Shown piece by piece: positions 36,953 to 47,810 of a stretch of DNA of 64,000 nt (position 1 is its first letter; each line of letters begins with the position of its first letter). Location: IMG/VR virus record IMGVR_UViG_3300025133_000032; one strand, written 5' to 3'. The translations under genes and the position numbers were made by a program. Source of the DNA: a virus. The notes beneath the pieces were generated by a model, which searched no databases, was not told the origin of the DNA, and saw nothing but the letters and a program-made list of their open reading frames with translations.

Positions 36953-39900
36953 AATACCTCTACCAAACCTGCATCAGGTTTTGTTAAGCGTGTAATCTCT
37001 GATTTTGTAGCCATGGCGGTGCGAGTGCTGGAAGCTAAACCCTTCGCGGCGCCGTGGCTAACAGTTCTTGTAGTAGGCGTTTCTCTTGGCCCCGAATTTC
37101 CAAATGAAATCTCTGTAGCTTGAGCCGGAACTGGTGATGCAACCTGATCAGCAGCAGGCATATGCTCTATTGAAACAAAAAACTGCTGGATGCCCACAGC
37201 TCCCTTTGGACGTAATACATCATAGTTTACTTTAAATGTATCAATGGTCGTTTGCCCAGTGGTCGTGGATACTTTAGTTAACCCACTGACTATAGTATTC
37301 GAATCTAAAAATGTTCTGCCAGAAGTTGTGCTTCTCGTTTTCTCAATGTCTATTTCGAAATCGTTAGCATCGAGAGCTAGCATAAAGATTCTTTCAAACA
37401 GTTTTGGTGATAAAACCTTTTGCCGCCTAGCTCCGGCACCGAATAATACTGATTTAGAAGAAAAAACATTTAAAAATGTTACAAGATCTTGTGATATCTC
37501 TATATTAGCGGAATGAGGTTCTGCCGGAAATGAATTTGCAATCTTCTCGATGATACCAGGAAGTGATTCATCATTATCAAGTTTCGTTAAAAACCTGTCG
37601 ATTGTATCACTACTGGCCCTGATCTCATCAAAGGTTAATTTTCTATTTAAGAACTGGGAGACGTGTAAGGCCAGTAACTTATTAAATTCCTCGTGTGTAG
37701 TACTGTCGACACGCATAGAAGCAACTTCATCATTTAGGAAAAAGTTGTTTTCTCGCATGTCGACGCCGGTCAAGATTTTAATATACGTTCGCAATATATA
37801 ACTCTTCGTATGATTAGTTATTAACTCTAATTTCTGTGTATCAGACAAAAATTCATACTCTGGCGAATTTAACGCAGCAATACCAACTCCAGATTCTAGT
37901 AAAGGTGAGCCAGATAATGCTACTTTATGCTTTATTTTTGTTGTAATATTATTAAAAGCCATTACTTCTTGGACATTATTTTTAAAAGAATCAGCGCTTA
38001 CGAACCTTCCCATCTCGAAAATATACTCTTTCGGCTTAAAGATAACATCATCGAACATCGCGTCTTGCATGTATACATTCATTTTGATGATGCCGCTTAA
38101 AGAGCCCTTTATTTTTGTCGCACTTCTATCAGCAAAAAAGAAATCAAGTTTTCTTTTTAGAGCGTCATTAAATCCAGCTGGTATACCAACAGCTAGCACC
38201 TTCATACTTGTTTCAGCTGAGCCTAAAAATTCTGGTTGCTTCGCCAAAGAAAAAACTGAATTCCTTACATCTGGTGATGTCGCAGTATCATCTATAAAGG
38301 GCGAAACATCACTAGATAGAGCCCCAGCGTTCGTTTGGTCCGATGCTGCTGTTGAGCGTGCTATAATATGATCATCCAGCTCAACTCTTGCTAGTGAAAC
38401 TTGGGCTGCATCGAGCGCACTAAGCTTTTCATTCGAGTCAATTGATAATGCTATTGACTCGAGTAAAGTAGCGTTTGAACCTTTTGGATCAAAAAAACTC
38501 TTTGCTTCTGCAGCTGATGCAACAACCATATTCATGATTGATAATAAAGCGTCAACAATATCTCTTACTAGTAAGTCTTCGTTTGATGCTTTTTGTCGTA
38601 TGTTGTTTAAATCTCCTAACTGAGCGCCAATACGAAATCTCATATCTCTATCAAGCCGTAGATCTATTCCAGCACTTAAACGTGAACCTGAATCTAGAAA
38701 TTGGAAGAGTGAGTGTTCCATCACTGTAAATGCATCATCATCTATGTCTATTTCTATTCCTGGGCTACTGACTTTAAGTGCGTCACTAAATGATGTACTT
38801 GTATCTAAAGATCTCAAAGACTTAACACCAGTTATCATGATTGGTGCAAACTTAGTATATGTAGTAATAAAGATATCTAAAACAACCATCACCATCTGAT
38901 GGACACCAATATTGTTAAACTTAGTCAACCCTTTATGTGTATTAGAAAAATATGCATCGCTATTGTCAGTGCTTTGTGTTGCTGTGATGGCCGATCTGCA
39001 AATATTATCAAGCGAGTTTAACATGCTAAACATTGACAGAAATAGGTTGTCTTGTGACGTCCCGGCACCTAAACCAGTTAAGTGGTTAAACGCGAAGTTT
39101 CCGAGGTATGAGCTTTTTGATGGGTCGACTGTGTCTTTCCGAAATCTAAAATACACTCTTTCCATGATCATCTCAGAGATAAGTATGATGTCAGATGTAT
39201 TACCGGCTCTGTCGATTAAGCCTTGTACTGGGTTAACGAATGGTTCTAAAAATGCAGCTTTTATTGCGCTTGCAACTACAGCGCGTGTCAAACCAGCCGA
39301 CTGCATAGTTTCGAAAAATTTATTTTCTACACCAAATTTATCAGACTTTTCATACCCGAATATCAACATATATAAGTAGAGATAATACCGCATCGTCTGA
39401 TCTGAGCTTGCTGATATTAGTAACGCGGGTATGAATGTATCCCTTGTTGAATCCTTGTCAGATATAGATTTTGCAGAATCGTGTATTGATCGAAAAGCAC
39501 GGTCCATTAGATCATCTACATTCAAGCCCAGTCTATCATTATTAACAGCATTAACATCAAGTGTACCTTCGACGATTGCTGCAAGGCCAGTAACACCAGA
39601 ATTTAATGCTGTAGCATACTCATTAAGTTGCGTAGAATCAAAAATGTTATTCCCTCTGACTATTGAGTCAACATAGAAATCGCCTCCAGGGATGTATTCT
39701 TGAAACGCGTTTGTTGAAATCGCAGATTGTTCAAAGGGTAATACGACGCCATCAGCCGTCACTAAACGAAGCAAGCTACTAATTGAGTTTTCTGGTGGCG
39801 GAATTGATGACAAAACTTCATTACCGATGTTACCCAACATTTTTTCGAAAATGCTTCCGTCAATATTAGTCTCAGAAAAAACCGACGTTGCGATTGTCTT

Positions 39901-40968
39901 TATATTTTTTAAACTTAACCCTGTAGAAACCCTCAATTCTTTTGACAATAAACTAAATAGTATCTTTAGTCTGTCATCATGGTTTGTCACTTGTGATAAA
40001 GAAGACATGTATGATGTCAGTGCATTGCTTGTAGCGCCAGATTGAACATCCGCTTGTGAACTAAGTGATAGGTTTGCAATATCAAACTCTATGGCAGAAC
40101 CGATCGTTTGATCATCTATTCTTGACAACCTGGTGGGATCTAGGTCATTTTCCCTGTCTGCGTTAGGCAAATCAAAAATTTGAGGCGAGAATGATGTTAA
40201 TATCGCTCTCAAATCGTCTATCAACTGCCCTATAATCTTTGTATTCGTAAATTTCGCAAACCCTTGAGACGAAAACTTTAAATCATCAACCATTAGTTCG
40301 CTAAGCGTCTTTGTGGGACGTACGTTCCTAGATATACTGGCTTTATTTCTACCCTGTATGTCTCGCCTCGCCTGTATTTCAGCCTTAATTTTATTACTAT
40401 TCAACTTAACATTAAATGAAGTTTTTGAAGCATTTAACACTCTAACCAGACTATCAAGGAACTGGATTTCTTTATTTGCCGCCTCTTCATGCTGCGAAAT
40501 CTCTTCTTCTATTCGAGAAATTATGCTGCTTGTCTCTGGGTTCGTTTTTAACTCGTTGACAAGCCTCATTACATTCTCAGCCTGTAAACGTCTTGCTGCT
40601 ATTTGAAAATCGAGCATTTTTCCGACGGGCCCAGGGATGTTGTTATCATCTTCGTAAACAGGCTCGAATTGAAATGCTGCAAGGATTTCGGGTCTAAAGC
40701 TGTTAAAGCCCTTATTCATTACTGCGTTATAATTGCTTGAATCAGATGATAACTTTACACTTTCAAGTGATTCATTTGGTATGGTGTTTGACTCTGCTGG
40801 TGGCCGAGAAAATGTTGATACACTTGCCACAGTACTTTTAACTGCGTCTGTTAGGCCATTTACAGTTAAGTTGCTTGTCGTTCTACCTTCTCTGGGTTGT
40901 GCAGCAACATTTCCAGTTCGTGCATTCCCTGATGTTGATGTATTCCCAGTTCTTGCGCCAATAGTCAT
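36949..40968 (-). CDS. Large hypothetical structural protein (1339 aa, largely helical)
   Basis: Long ORF translationally coupled within the tail operon. Confidence 0.65.
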   Translation of the reverse strand: MTIGARTGNTSTSGNARTGNVAAQPREGRTTSNLTVNGLTDAVKSTVASVSTFSRPPAESNTIPNESLESVKLSSDSSNYNAVMNKGFNSFRPEILAAFQFEPVYEDDNNIPGPVGKMLDFQIAARRLQAENVMRLVNELKTNPETSSIISRIEEEISQHEEAANKEIQFLDSLVRVLNASKTSFNVKLNSNKIKAEIQARRDIQGRNKASISRNVRPTKTLSELMVDDLKFSSQGFAKFTNTKIIGQLIDDLRAILTSFSPQIFDLPNADRENDLDPTRLSRIDDQTIGSAIEFDIANLSLSSQADVQSGATSNALTSYMSSLSQVTNHDDRLKILFSLLSKELRVSTGLSLKNIKTIATSVFSETNIDGSIFEKMLGNIGNEVLSSIPPPENSISSLLRLVTADGVVLPFEQSAISTNAFQEYIPGGDFYVDSIVRGNNIFDSTQLNEYATALNSGVTGLAAIVEGTLDVNAVNNDRLGLNVDDLMDRAFRSIHDSAKSISDKDSTRDTFIPALLISASSDQTMRYYLYLYMLIFGYEKSDKFGVENKFFETMQSAGLTRAVVASAIKAAFLEPFVNPVQGLIDRAGNTSDIILISEMIMERVYFRFRKDTVDPSKSSYLGNFAFNHLTGLGAGTSQDNLFLSMFSMLNSLDNICRSAITATQSTDNSDAYFSNTHKGLTKFNNIGVHQMVMVVLDIFITTYTKFAPIMITGVKSLRSLDTSTSFSDALKVSSPGIEIDIDDDAFTVMEHSLFQFLDSGSRLSAGIDLRLDRDMRFRIGAQLGDLNNIRQKASNEDLLVRDIVDALLSIMNMVVASAAEAKSFFDPKGSNATLLESIALSIDSNEKLSALDAAQVSLARVELDDHIIARSTAASDQTNAGALSSDVSPFIDDTATSPDVRNSVFSLAKQPEFLGSAETSMKVLAVGIPAGFNDALKRKLDFFFADRSATKIKGSLSGIIKMNVYMQDAMFDDVIFKPKEYIFEMGRFVSADSFKNNVQEVMAFNNITTKIKHKVALSGSPLLESGVGIAALNSPEYEFLSDTQKLELITNHTKSYILRTYIKILTGVDMRENNFFLNDEVASMRVDSTTHEEFNKLLALHVSQFLNRKLTFDEIRASSDTIDRFLTKLDNDESLPGIIEKIANSFPAEPHSANIEISQDLVTFLNVFSSKSVLFGAGARRQKVLSPKLFERIFMLALDANDFEIDIEKTRSTTSGRTFLDSNTIVSGLTKVSTTTGQTTIDTFKVNYDVLRPKGAVGIQQFFVSIEHMPAADQVASPVPAQATEISFGNSGPRETPTTRTVSHGAAKGLASSTRTAMATKSEITRLTKPDAGLVEVL

Positions 40969-43433
40969 TAAATCCTTCCATCTTTAATTATTACCGTAGC
41001 GCTGTTTGATGACAACCCTCTTTTATAATCATTTAAAACAGGTATAACTCTATAACTTATTTCGCCGATATCATCTGACTCTAATGTGTCATAAAACTCG
41101 AACGTGTTGTTCGATGTTACATGATGAACTTTTCCAGAAATAGCACTCATACCAAGATTGTCTTTTATTATAATGTAGTGTTCAACAAATGTAACATCAC
41201 CATCAATTACCCATCTTACATTAACTGTATCGGTACTAACTCTTGTAGCACTGATTTTTTTGATAGAGGGCAATGATATGCTTAGAGGAACATTAATGAC
41301 TAATGGGTTGCCTATTCTACCCATAGCAAAATCATCCTGTGGATGGTTTGAAGCATGTGACTGTCTGTCAATTAACGTACCTGTCTTTAAAGTAAATGGG
41401 TGCAAAAACTTCGCGGGCTTAAATGTATATGATTTCCCCGTAGAAACATCATCAGCTGACTTAACATAATCGTCGAATGTAGTCTCTGCATCTCGTAATA
41501 ATGTTGTAATAATGTAACGATAATTGTTACCTACTTTTAGAGGTTTAATTGAGGTACTTACGCTTGCAGCACTGTCGATAAAAATTTCGTCTGTAATAGT
41601 ACCAAAATCTTCTTTTTCGCCAGTAGTCAAATTTAATCTAACAATATTATGTGCGATTAGTCTCTGCAGCTTATTTCGCTCAAGCTTTAACTCTTCGCTA
41701 AATAAGCTCGCAAGCCCTTGCTTTTCTAGTGTTTTTTTCACTGCATCTAAATCGGTGGCTTCTATTTTTGACGCAACATTAAAAGAAACATCTGTTCTCG
41801 AACTATTCTTTATAACTTGTAAATTACTAATTTTTGCTGTAACAACACCCACTGAATGCTTTATGAACTCATGTAAAACATTCGCGCTTGAGTCTAAAAC
41901 GGAACCATCATTGTAATAAAGCCTACATATATACTCATATACATGACTATCTTTTACATCTGAGTCAATAAATAGCGTGTTTTGCAGCCCATCATTAATT
42001 AAGATGACCCTAGTGTCTGTCTTAATGAATTGAAATTCTTTTTGAAATACTGTTTTATCTCTCTTTAAAATGGCGACGGCTATTGGCCCAGGCGAAACAT
42101 TTTCAACCAATACTTCAACACCTGAAGGTGAATTTATTGCTGAGAGTGATGCGAAGGCTTGTCTGTGCGACGCATCGCCACCTATACCTTTTTGTGCAAT
42201 AGCAACGGCATTTGCAAACTCAGCACCTTGTGCATTTCCTGGACCAATAGAGATGCACCTGTATAAGTTGATGTGTGAATTATTCGTAACGTCAGTAAAC
42301 TTGACTATGCCTTCCGCTTGCGTTAACTTGAGTTCAGCGATGAACTGATAGACAGATGATAACATATCTGGGTCTGATTTTTTTATTGAACGTCTATAAA
42401 CGCCAACCTTCATGGCGATGGGATCATTCTGCTGAACTTCTAGAACATTCCTACCAGATATTTGAGTTGGTGATATATTAATGCTTGGAGGTAGTCTAGG
42501 TGTATTAAATACTTTTGATAGAAAGCTGTGGTTTACTCTTCTTGCTTGTGACTCTAGTACTTCACCGGTGCTAGTTATAAGCTCAAAAATGACATAGAAA
42601 TCTTCTAAGCCGACATCGACCTCAGGCACTAGAACAAGCTCAGAATTTCTTACGTCAATTTGTTTTTTATTAGAAACTACTGGAACTGGTGTATTTGCTG
42701 CAAGATCACCTAATGTTATTGTTTTCTTAACATTACTTAATAATGTATCTATAAGAAATCTTCGGCGTGAATCTTGCGCATTTACCGTGGGCGTTTCAAC
42801 TTGTTCTTGTGCAATAGGAGCGACGCCACGAAATGCTTTTTCTGTCCCTACAGATGGTCTATACCTTGCAGCTACTGTAGATGGATCAACACCATCATTG
42901 AATATCATATCAACTGCCGCTACTTGATGACCTTGTCGTGATGATGTTTCTTGTGACCGGGCTACTGAGTTTTGTATGACTGGTACATTCAAGTTTGAAG
43001 CCCTTATCTCCGTGACAGTTTTTAAGTCGACAACTTTACGAGCAGGCATTATGCTGCTTGCTGGCAAAGAGCTTAATTTTATGCTAGAGATGAGATCATT
43101 GTTTAGCTTCGACGTGATATCAGAGTTTTTTCTTACCAGTATACTTGACTCATCATCTCTTTTTGCCGACTTTTTCTTTGGTTCATAATGTAGTATATCT
43201 TCAATAAGTTCATAATTCGATTTACCAGCACTCTTGAAGATGTTATCTTCTTGCAGGGGTAAACTTTTTCTAACAGACAACCTAACTATATTTGCGCCTT
43301 TTCTAAGTGCATCGATCGTTGAAGATCTATATTCAAACTTGTAATAAAATATTCCGCCCTCTATCTTTAAAAGTTGTGCGAAATTATTATCGACCTTAAG
43401 TAATTCGGATGTTTTTTTGCTTGCGATTTTCAT
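40968..43433 (-). CDS. Putative structural protein with tandem Ig/FN3-like domains
   Basis: Repeated FxD...YxY strands (FIDSDVKDSHVYEY, FYDTLESDDIGEISYRV). Confidence 0.6.
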   Translation of the reverse strand: MKIASKKTSELLKVDNNFAQLLKIEGGIFYYKFEYRSSTIDALRKGANIVRLSVRKSLPLQEDNIFKSAGKSNYELIEDILHYEPKKKSAKRDDESSILVRKNSDITSKLNNDLISSIKLSSLPASSIMPARKVVDLKTVTEIRASNLNVPVIQNSVARSQETSSRQGHQVAAVDMIFNDGVDPSTVAARYRPSVGTEKAFRGVAPIAQEQVETPTVNAQDSRRRFLIDTLLSNVKKTITLGDLAANTPVPVVSNKKQIDVRNSELVLVPEVDVGLEDFYVIFELITSTGEVLESQARRVNHSFLSKVFNTPRLPPSINISPTQISGRNVLEVQQNDPIAMKVGVYRRSIKKSDPDMLSSVYQFIAELKLTQAEGIVKFTDVTNNSHINLYRCISIGPGNAQGAEFANAVAIAQKGIGGDASHRQAFASLSAINSPSGVEVLVENVSPGPIAVAILKRDKTVFQKEFQFIKTDTRVILINDGLQNTLFIDSDVKDSHVYEYICRLYYNDGSVLDSSANVLHEFIKHSVGVVTAKISNLQVIKNSSRTDVSFNVASKIEATDLDAVKKTLEKQGLASLFSEELKLERNKLQRLIAHNIVRLNLTTGEKEDFGTITDEIFIDSAASVSTSIKPLKVGNNYRYIITTLLRDAETTFDDYVKSADDVSTGKSYTFKPAKFLHPFTLKTGTLIDRQSHASNHPQDDFAMGRIGNPLVINVPLSISLPSIKKISATRVSTDTVNVRWVIDGDVTFVEHYIIIKDNLGMSAISGKVHHVTSNNTFEFYDTLESDDIGEISYRVIPVLNDYKRGLSSNSATVIIKDGRI

Positions 43434-43445
43434 ATATCACCTGTA

Positions 43446-44363
43446 TTACTCAAAAATAAGTGTAAATATATTCACGAATGTATGAGCGCCGAAGCTATCA
43501 ATAAATAGCTTCCCTATGAAATATATTCTCTTATTTGGGAAATCTTGATCTCCAGTTGAAATTTCGCCAAAATCAATAGCGTCTAACTTCAAAAGTCGAT
43601 CTTGCTTAAATTCAAAAAATTGACACATTACGTTCGCTTGTAGTGTATTTTGTGAAAACTCTATAACACGCTTTTCTTTGTTGGCCAATTCACCCATGAG
43701 CTGTGTATATGACAACTCACTCTTTTGCTGGCCAAGCAAAGGATAATCACCAAGTGATGTGCCGTCGGTGTTTACTGGCGGTAGATATTTGAAGTTCGGA
43801 AGGTGAGACAGCCTCTTATCCTGAAACAATGTTTCAACATCATCTATATTTGCTGTCGTCATTTGTCCGGGGTTAATAGGTGCAGCATCAGAAATACTAA
43901 ATTCTACTTCGTTTGTATTCACAGCGAATTCGTTTTCTGCATCAAAGAAATTATCTTCTGTTCTAATTAGTTGCAATTTTTGAAAATTGTTGACTGTTGT
44001 ATCAGCAAGTACCTCTGCCAAGCTTGAAAATGCGGATCCAGTAACAACTCCAAGAAATGATGTAGATGAACCTGATAAAATCTTGCCATCGAGAACATCA
44101 ATATTTGAACCTCTTAAAGGTTTAAGCTTTCCAGAATCATCTGACTCAAATGTTATTCTATCTTGGGGCAGCGAACCAACCTCAAGGAATAATCTATCAG
44201 ATGCGTCTGTTGACCCGCTGATTATGTCACTTTCATAAAATGTGTTACAATCTGTAAACGAGACGAATTTTATTCTTAATTCGCCGGCAGCTATTTGTCT
44301 CTTGCCCTCGTCTGTAACGACGGTATCAAGCATTCTTGTTTTGCTGTCTAAAATACCTGACAT
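43446..44363 (-). CDS. Tail/baseplate protein, paralogue of 34280..34978 N-terminus
   Basis: MSGILDSKTRMLDTVVTDEGKRQIA...FVSFTD; start set at ATG 44363 (track gives 44387). Confidence 0.65.
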   Translation of the reverse strand: MSGILDSKTRMLDTVVTDEGKRQIAAGELRIKFVSFTDCNTFYESDIISGSTDASDRLFLEVGSLPQDRITFESDDSGKLKPLRGSNIDVLDGKILSGSSTSFLGVVTGSAFSSLAEVLADTTVNNFQKLQLIRTEDNFFDAENEFAVNTNEVEFSISDAAPINPGQMTTANIDDVETLFQDKRLSHLPNFKYLPPVNTDGTSLGDYPLLGQQKSELSYTQLMGELANKEKRVIEFSQNTLQANVMCQFFEFKQDRLLKLDAIDFGEISTGDQDFPNKRIYFIGKLFIDSFGAHTFVNIFTLIFE

Positions 44364-44364
44364 G

Positions 44365-46974
44365 TTAGTTCCTTGATACCCCATCAAAATAGGGTAAACT
44401 AGATGTTGCTTCGTGACTTAAGTTTGAAGAATCTGTTGTAATAGGTGTAACTGCTGTATTCGAACCTGACGCAACGAAGCGTATAGTAATGGGGCTTGTG
44501 CGTAGAGCTGGGCCCCCAGACTTTATACCATCGCTTGTTAACCCTATAATATCATAGAATTTTGCATCTAAGCGCTGCTCAAGCATATCTCTGAAATATC
44601 CATAGTGATCTCTCTTGAAGATGGCCTTTGTAAATTGCTTTATTGGGTTCAAGATGCCATACTTGAAGCCTCTATGTACGGAGCCAAAAATATATTTATC
44701 AGACCTGACCTCAAAAGGCTTTACGCTACCAGAGAAAAAGTCGCCTGTACCATAATAATGCAAAAGCATATCTCTTGATGAAGCTGCACTGTGATGAGTA
44801 AAATCTCCTGCTGAGCTTACCCTATCTTTAGCATTTAATAGTGAATACCTTTGAGTAGAGAATAAAAGATCATTAGATCTCTTAATGGACATCGGAGAAC
44901 GCCTAGTTACACCGGGTATGAATGTTTGATCTGCCACTGTCGGTAACGTTAGATTTCTGTTTAACGATGAATATTTTGGCTCAAACGGAAAAGCTAAGGG
45001 CCACGTAGTGTCTGTGTTGCTATCACCAGTCATAACGTGACCTAAGTTAATCATGTTTTGGTTAGCCAGCGTTCCGCCGTTTGATTGCCACTCAACTAAG
45101 ACACCATTCAGCGCAGTTATTTCAGCTGGATCTGGTAATAATGTATCAAAGAACCTTTCATTCTCCGATGTATGTTGAGTACCCCGAATAAATCCTGGGA
45201 TAAATGAGCCAGATAAAAGTTTATGATGACTTACATTTCTGTCAAAAGAGATTGTTGATGCTTGGACGCGCCTAGACTCCGCTAACCCGATAGTACCAGT
45301 TAAAAATCTAGCATTTATTGTACCAGAAAACTGTGTTAATTGCTCGACGTCGAACTGATCATGAATAATCCCAGTTCCTCTCACGTCTTCATGTACAGCA
45401 TTTGTCGTTAATTGCTGGTTGAGTGAATCATGAATTTCTTGAGCATCACAAATGTATGACCCATATAATGTTAACCTACCAGACGCCGGTGGTAACGTTA
45501 GTGTTGGATTAAATGCATTTGCGACGCTTACTGGTGAACCAGGTTGAGCAACTTGCCACCCAAAAATAAGCTTATCACCTGGCATAATGATGTACGGACT
45601 TGTACCAGAAATTACAGTAGCTTTGTTAAAATCCGTTAAGGCAATTGGTGTATTCCCGATGTTCGAAACGAATCCAGAGACAAGATCTCTTCCTGATGGC
45701 TTTCCTAAATTGCCTCGGCCACCGAAACGATAAGTTACAGGTTCTTCATTGACATCATCGTTATCATTAAAGCTACTATGCAACCCTACCTTCGCGGGTG
45801 TTTTTGCGACGCCCGACAATATCAGTTTATCTGACCAGTTAGCTCCTGTCGTAGATATTATATTCTTTTCCCTAAGAGCAAAGTTTGAGTGGTCAGACGA
45901 AGAAGAGTTAATGGTCGAAGAAAATGATGCAACTTGCAACCATGTAACGATATCACGCTGAGTATCAACGTATGTAGGTGAACCATTTTGTGATAAAATG
46001 ATACCAGAGGGAATTGATGTTGTTAGTTGCTTGGTGTCAGTTAGTAAATATGGGCCATTACTTATTGAAGCAGAAAATGGACCTCTCTGGTTCAAGACAA
46101 AAAATGTGTTATAGAGGCCCTCAGATTGTTCAATAAAGTCACCAGTTCCGCTAAATGATGCAGAACATTCATATATAACCTTTTCTACTAGAAAGGGTTT
46201 GTCTATCAAGTTAGAAACTGGGTAAACTTGCGATGAAGTTGCATGAAATTTTTGGTGGGTAGGAAATCCGAATGCATCAAATGGGATTGCCGACTGCGAA
46301 GAATTGCCTATAATATTACCATCACCCAAAAATGATGGCGAAAAGCCTAACATTTGAGTTGCTAAGTTGTGATCAGGCTGTCCATCCGCTGTAGGCGAGT
46401 TTGTATTATATCCTGTCCCTTGGCCAACATTTTCCCAGGACACTTTATCAAAATTGTAATATGCCATAGGATAACTGCCGGTGCCATCTACCCTATCATT
46501 GTTTAACGATGATGATAATTGCAGTGTTGTAGTCAATGACTGGTTTAAGTTTACAGTTAGTTTAGTCTTACTTCGTAAGGGTGATGTAAACCCGAACCCT
46601 ACGGTTGCTAATGTTGAACCAGTTTCATGAAAGTTATCATAGACACTTTGCTCAGGATGTAAGCTATCATCGAAGGCAGACAGTATCTGACCAGTAGAGA
46701 ATATTGCGATGCCGTCGGCGATACCTTTCCGTACGGCCCCAGTTACTGACGTGAATGAGGATGTCTGGTCAGTAATAAATGGTGATGATAAAGGTAACCC
46801 AGCGGGTAATGTGATCTGTGTAGATTCAATAAACACAATAGAGTTTGTATCATCGAACCTGCTGCCAAATGTACCGGGGCGATCTGTACTCGTTCTAGAA
46901 ATAGTAGGATAACTACCAGTCGTGTTATCCTCGTCTCGTATCTGTATACGAGATGCTAAGTTGATGTTAGTCAT
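44365..46974 (-). CDS. Ser/Thr-rich structural protein (869 aa)
   Basis: Coupled in the baseplate operon; S/T/G-rich. Confidence 0.65.
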   Translation of the reverse strand: MTNINLASRIQIRDEDNTTGSYPTISRTSTDRPGTFGSRFDDTNSIVFIESTQITLPAGLPLSSPFITDQTSSFTSVTGAVRKGIADGIAIFSTGQILSAFDDSLHPEQSVYDNFHETGSTLATVGFGFTSPLRSKTKLTVNLNQSLTTTLQLSSSLNNDRVDGTGSYPMAYYNFDKVSWENVGQGTGYNTNSPTADGQPDHNLATQMLGFSPSFLGDGNIIGNSSQSAIPFDAFGFPTHQKFHATSSQVYPVSNLIDKPFLVEKVIYECSASFSGTGDFIEQSEGLYNTFFVLNQRGPFSASISNGPYLLTDTKQLTTSIPSGIILSQNGSPTYVDTQRDIVTWLQVASFSSTINSSSSDHSNFALREKNIISTTGANWSDKLILSGVAKTPAKVGLHSSFNDNDDVNEEPVTYRFGGRGNLGKPSGRDLVSGFVSNIGNTPIALTDFNKATVISGTSPYIIMPGDKLIFGWQVAQPGSPVSVANAFNPTLTLPPASGRLTLYGSYICDAQEIHDSLNQQLTTNAVHEDVRGTGIIHDQFDVEQLTQFSGTINARFLTGTIGLAESRRVQASTISFDRNVSHHKLLSGSFIPGFIRGTQHTSENERFFDTLLPDPAEITALNGVLVEWQSNGGTLANQNMINLGHVMTGDSNTDTTWPLAFPFEPKYSSLNRNLTLPTVADQTFIPGVTRRSPMSIKRSNDLLFSTQRYSLLNAKDRVSSAGDFTHHSAASSRDMLLHYYGTGDFFSGSVKPFEVRSDKYIFGSVHRGFKYGILNPIKQFTKAIFKRDHYGYFRDMLEQRLDAKFYDIIGLTSDGIKSGGPALRTSPITIRFVASGSNTAVTPITTDSSNLSHEATSSLPYFDGVSRN

Positions 46975-47810
46975 CTCTTTAGACCGCCATAAGCGATAGA
47001 ATCTGTGCCTGCAGGATTATTTGAATATGTAAATCCTGCTCCCATAGACTTATAATCGATACCAGGTATATCATCTGTCGCTGAATTGGTCATTGCTATT
47101 ATTGCACTCTCTATATCGCCCGTACTTGAACCAGCGATGCTTCCTGGAATAAATACTTTACCCTGTGTAATCGTTTCATCAAATGGTGCAATTTTTTTCT
47201 CTGATTCTGGAAAATAGCCTGGAATAAGAATATCACCACCTAATGAGCCGATATGTGACGTAGAATCGATATATAGGTCATCTGGAAGTGAATCATCAAA
47301 ATTATCTATGAATTGTACAATCTTCGATGTTTTAGTAAATGAATCCTCATTTCCGTCTTGTATATGCCCTCTAATTCTATGAGGGTCATCATCAAGTGCT
47401 TGTAATGACTTTAAGAGCTCTCTAGAATCTATTGTTAATGGTTCTATAAACCCACCGAACCTCTCTGGATCTTCAAGTGATGCATTGCCAAGAACTGCGG
47501 GAAAAATTAAAGTATTTGGATTCTCTATATACGTTACTGGGTTAAAGCGTAATAATTCTTCGAACTTTTCATTCTCATTAAACTCTTTTGATTGCCCAAA
47601 AGTTGTGATTTCGATCTGCCCGTCGAGGCGACCGGTGCCCAACTTTGGTAACATACCAGAATACTTTTGTCTCTCCGTAACGACAGAAATGCCTTGCAGC
47701 ACATGCTCTATAGCACTCAAATTTGAGCCTGTTTGTGTCATTACAGTAGGTGTTGTTCTTACTGTTTTAGCTTCTACAAAGGGCGTAAAATATCCAAATG
47801 AGCCTTGCAT
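46971..47810 (-). CDS. Hypothetical structural protein
   Basis: 279 aa; ends GTDSIAYGGLKR; coupled to both neighbours. Confidence 0.6.
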   Translation of the reverse strand: MQGSFGYFTPFVEAKTVRTTPTVMTQTGSNLSAIEHVLQGISVVTERQKYSGMLPKLGTGRLDGQIEITTFGQSKEFNENEKFEELLRFNPVTYIENPNTLIFPAVLGNASLEDPERFGGFIEPLTIDSRELLKSLQALDDDPHRIRGHIQDGNEDSFTKTSKIVQFIDNFDDSLPDDLYIDSTSHIGSLGGDILIPGYFPESEKKIAPFDETITQGKVFIPGSIAGSSTGDIESAIIAMTNSATDDIPGIDYKSMGAGFTYSNNPAGTDSIAYGGLKR

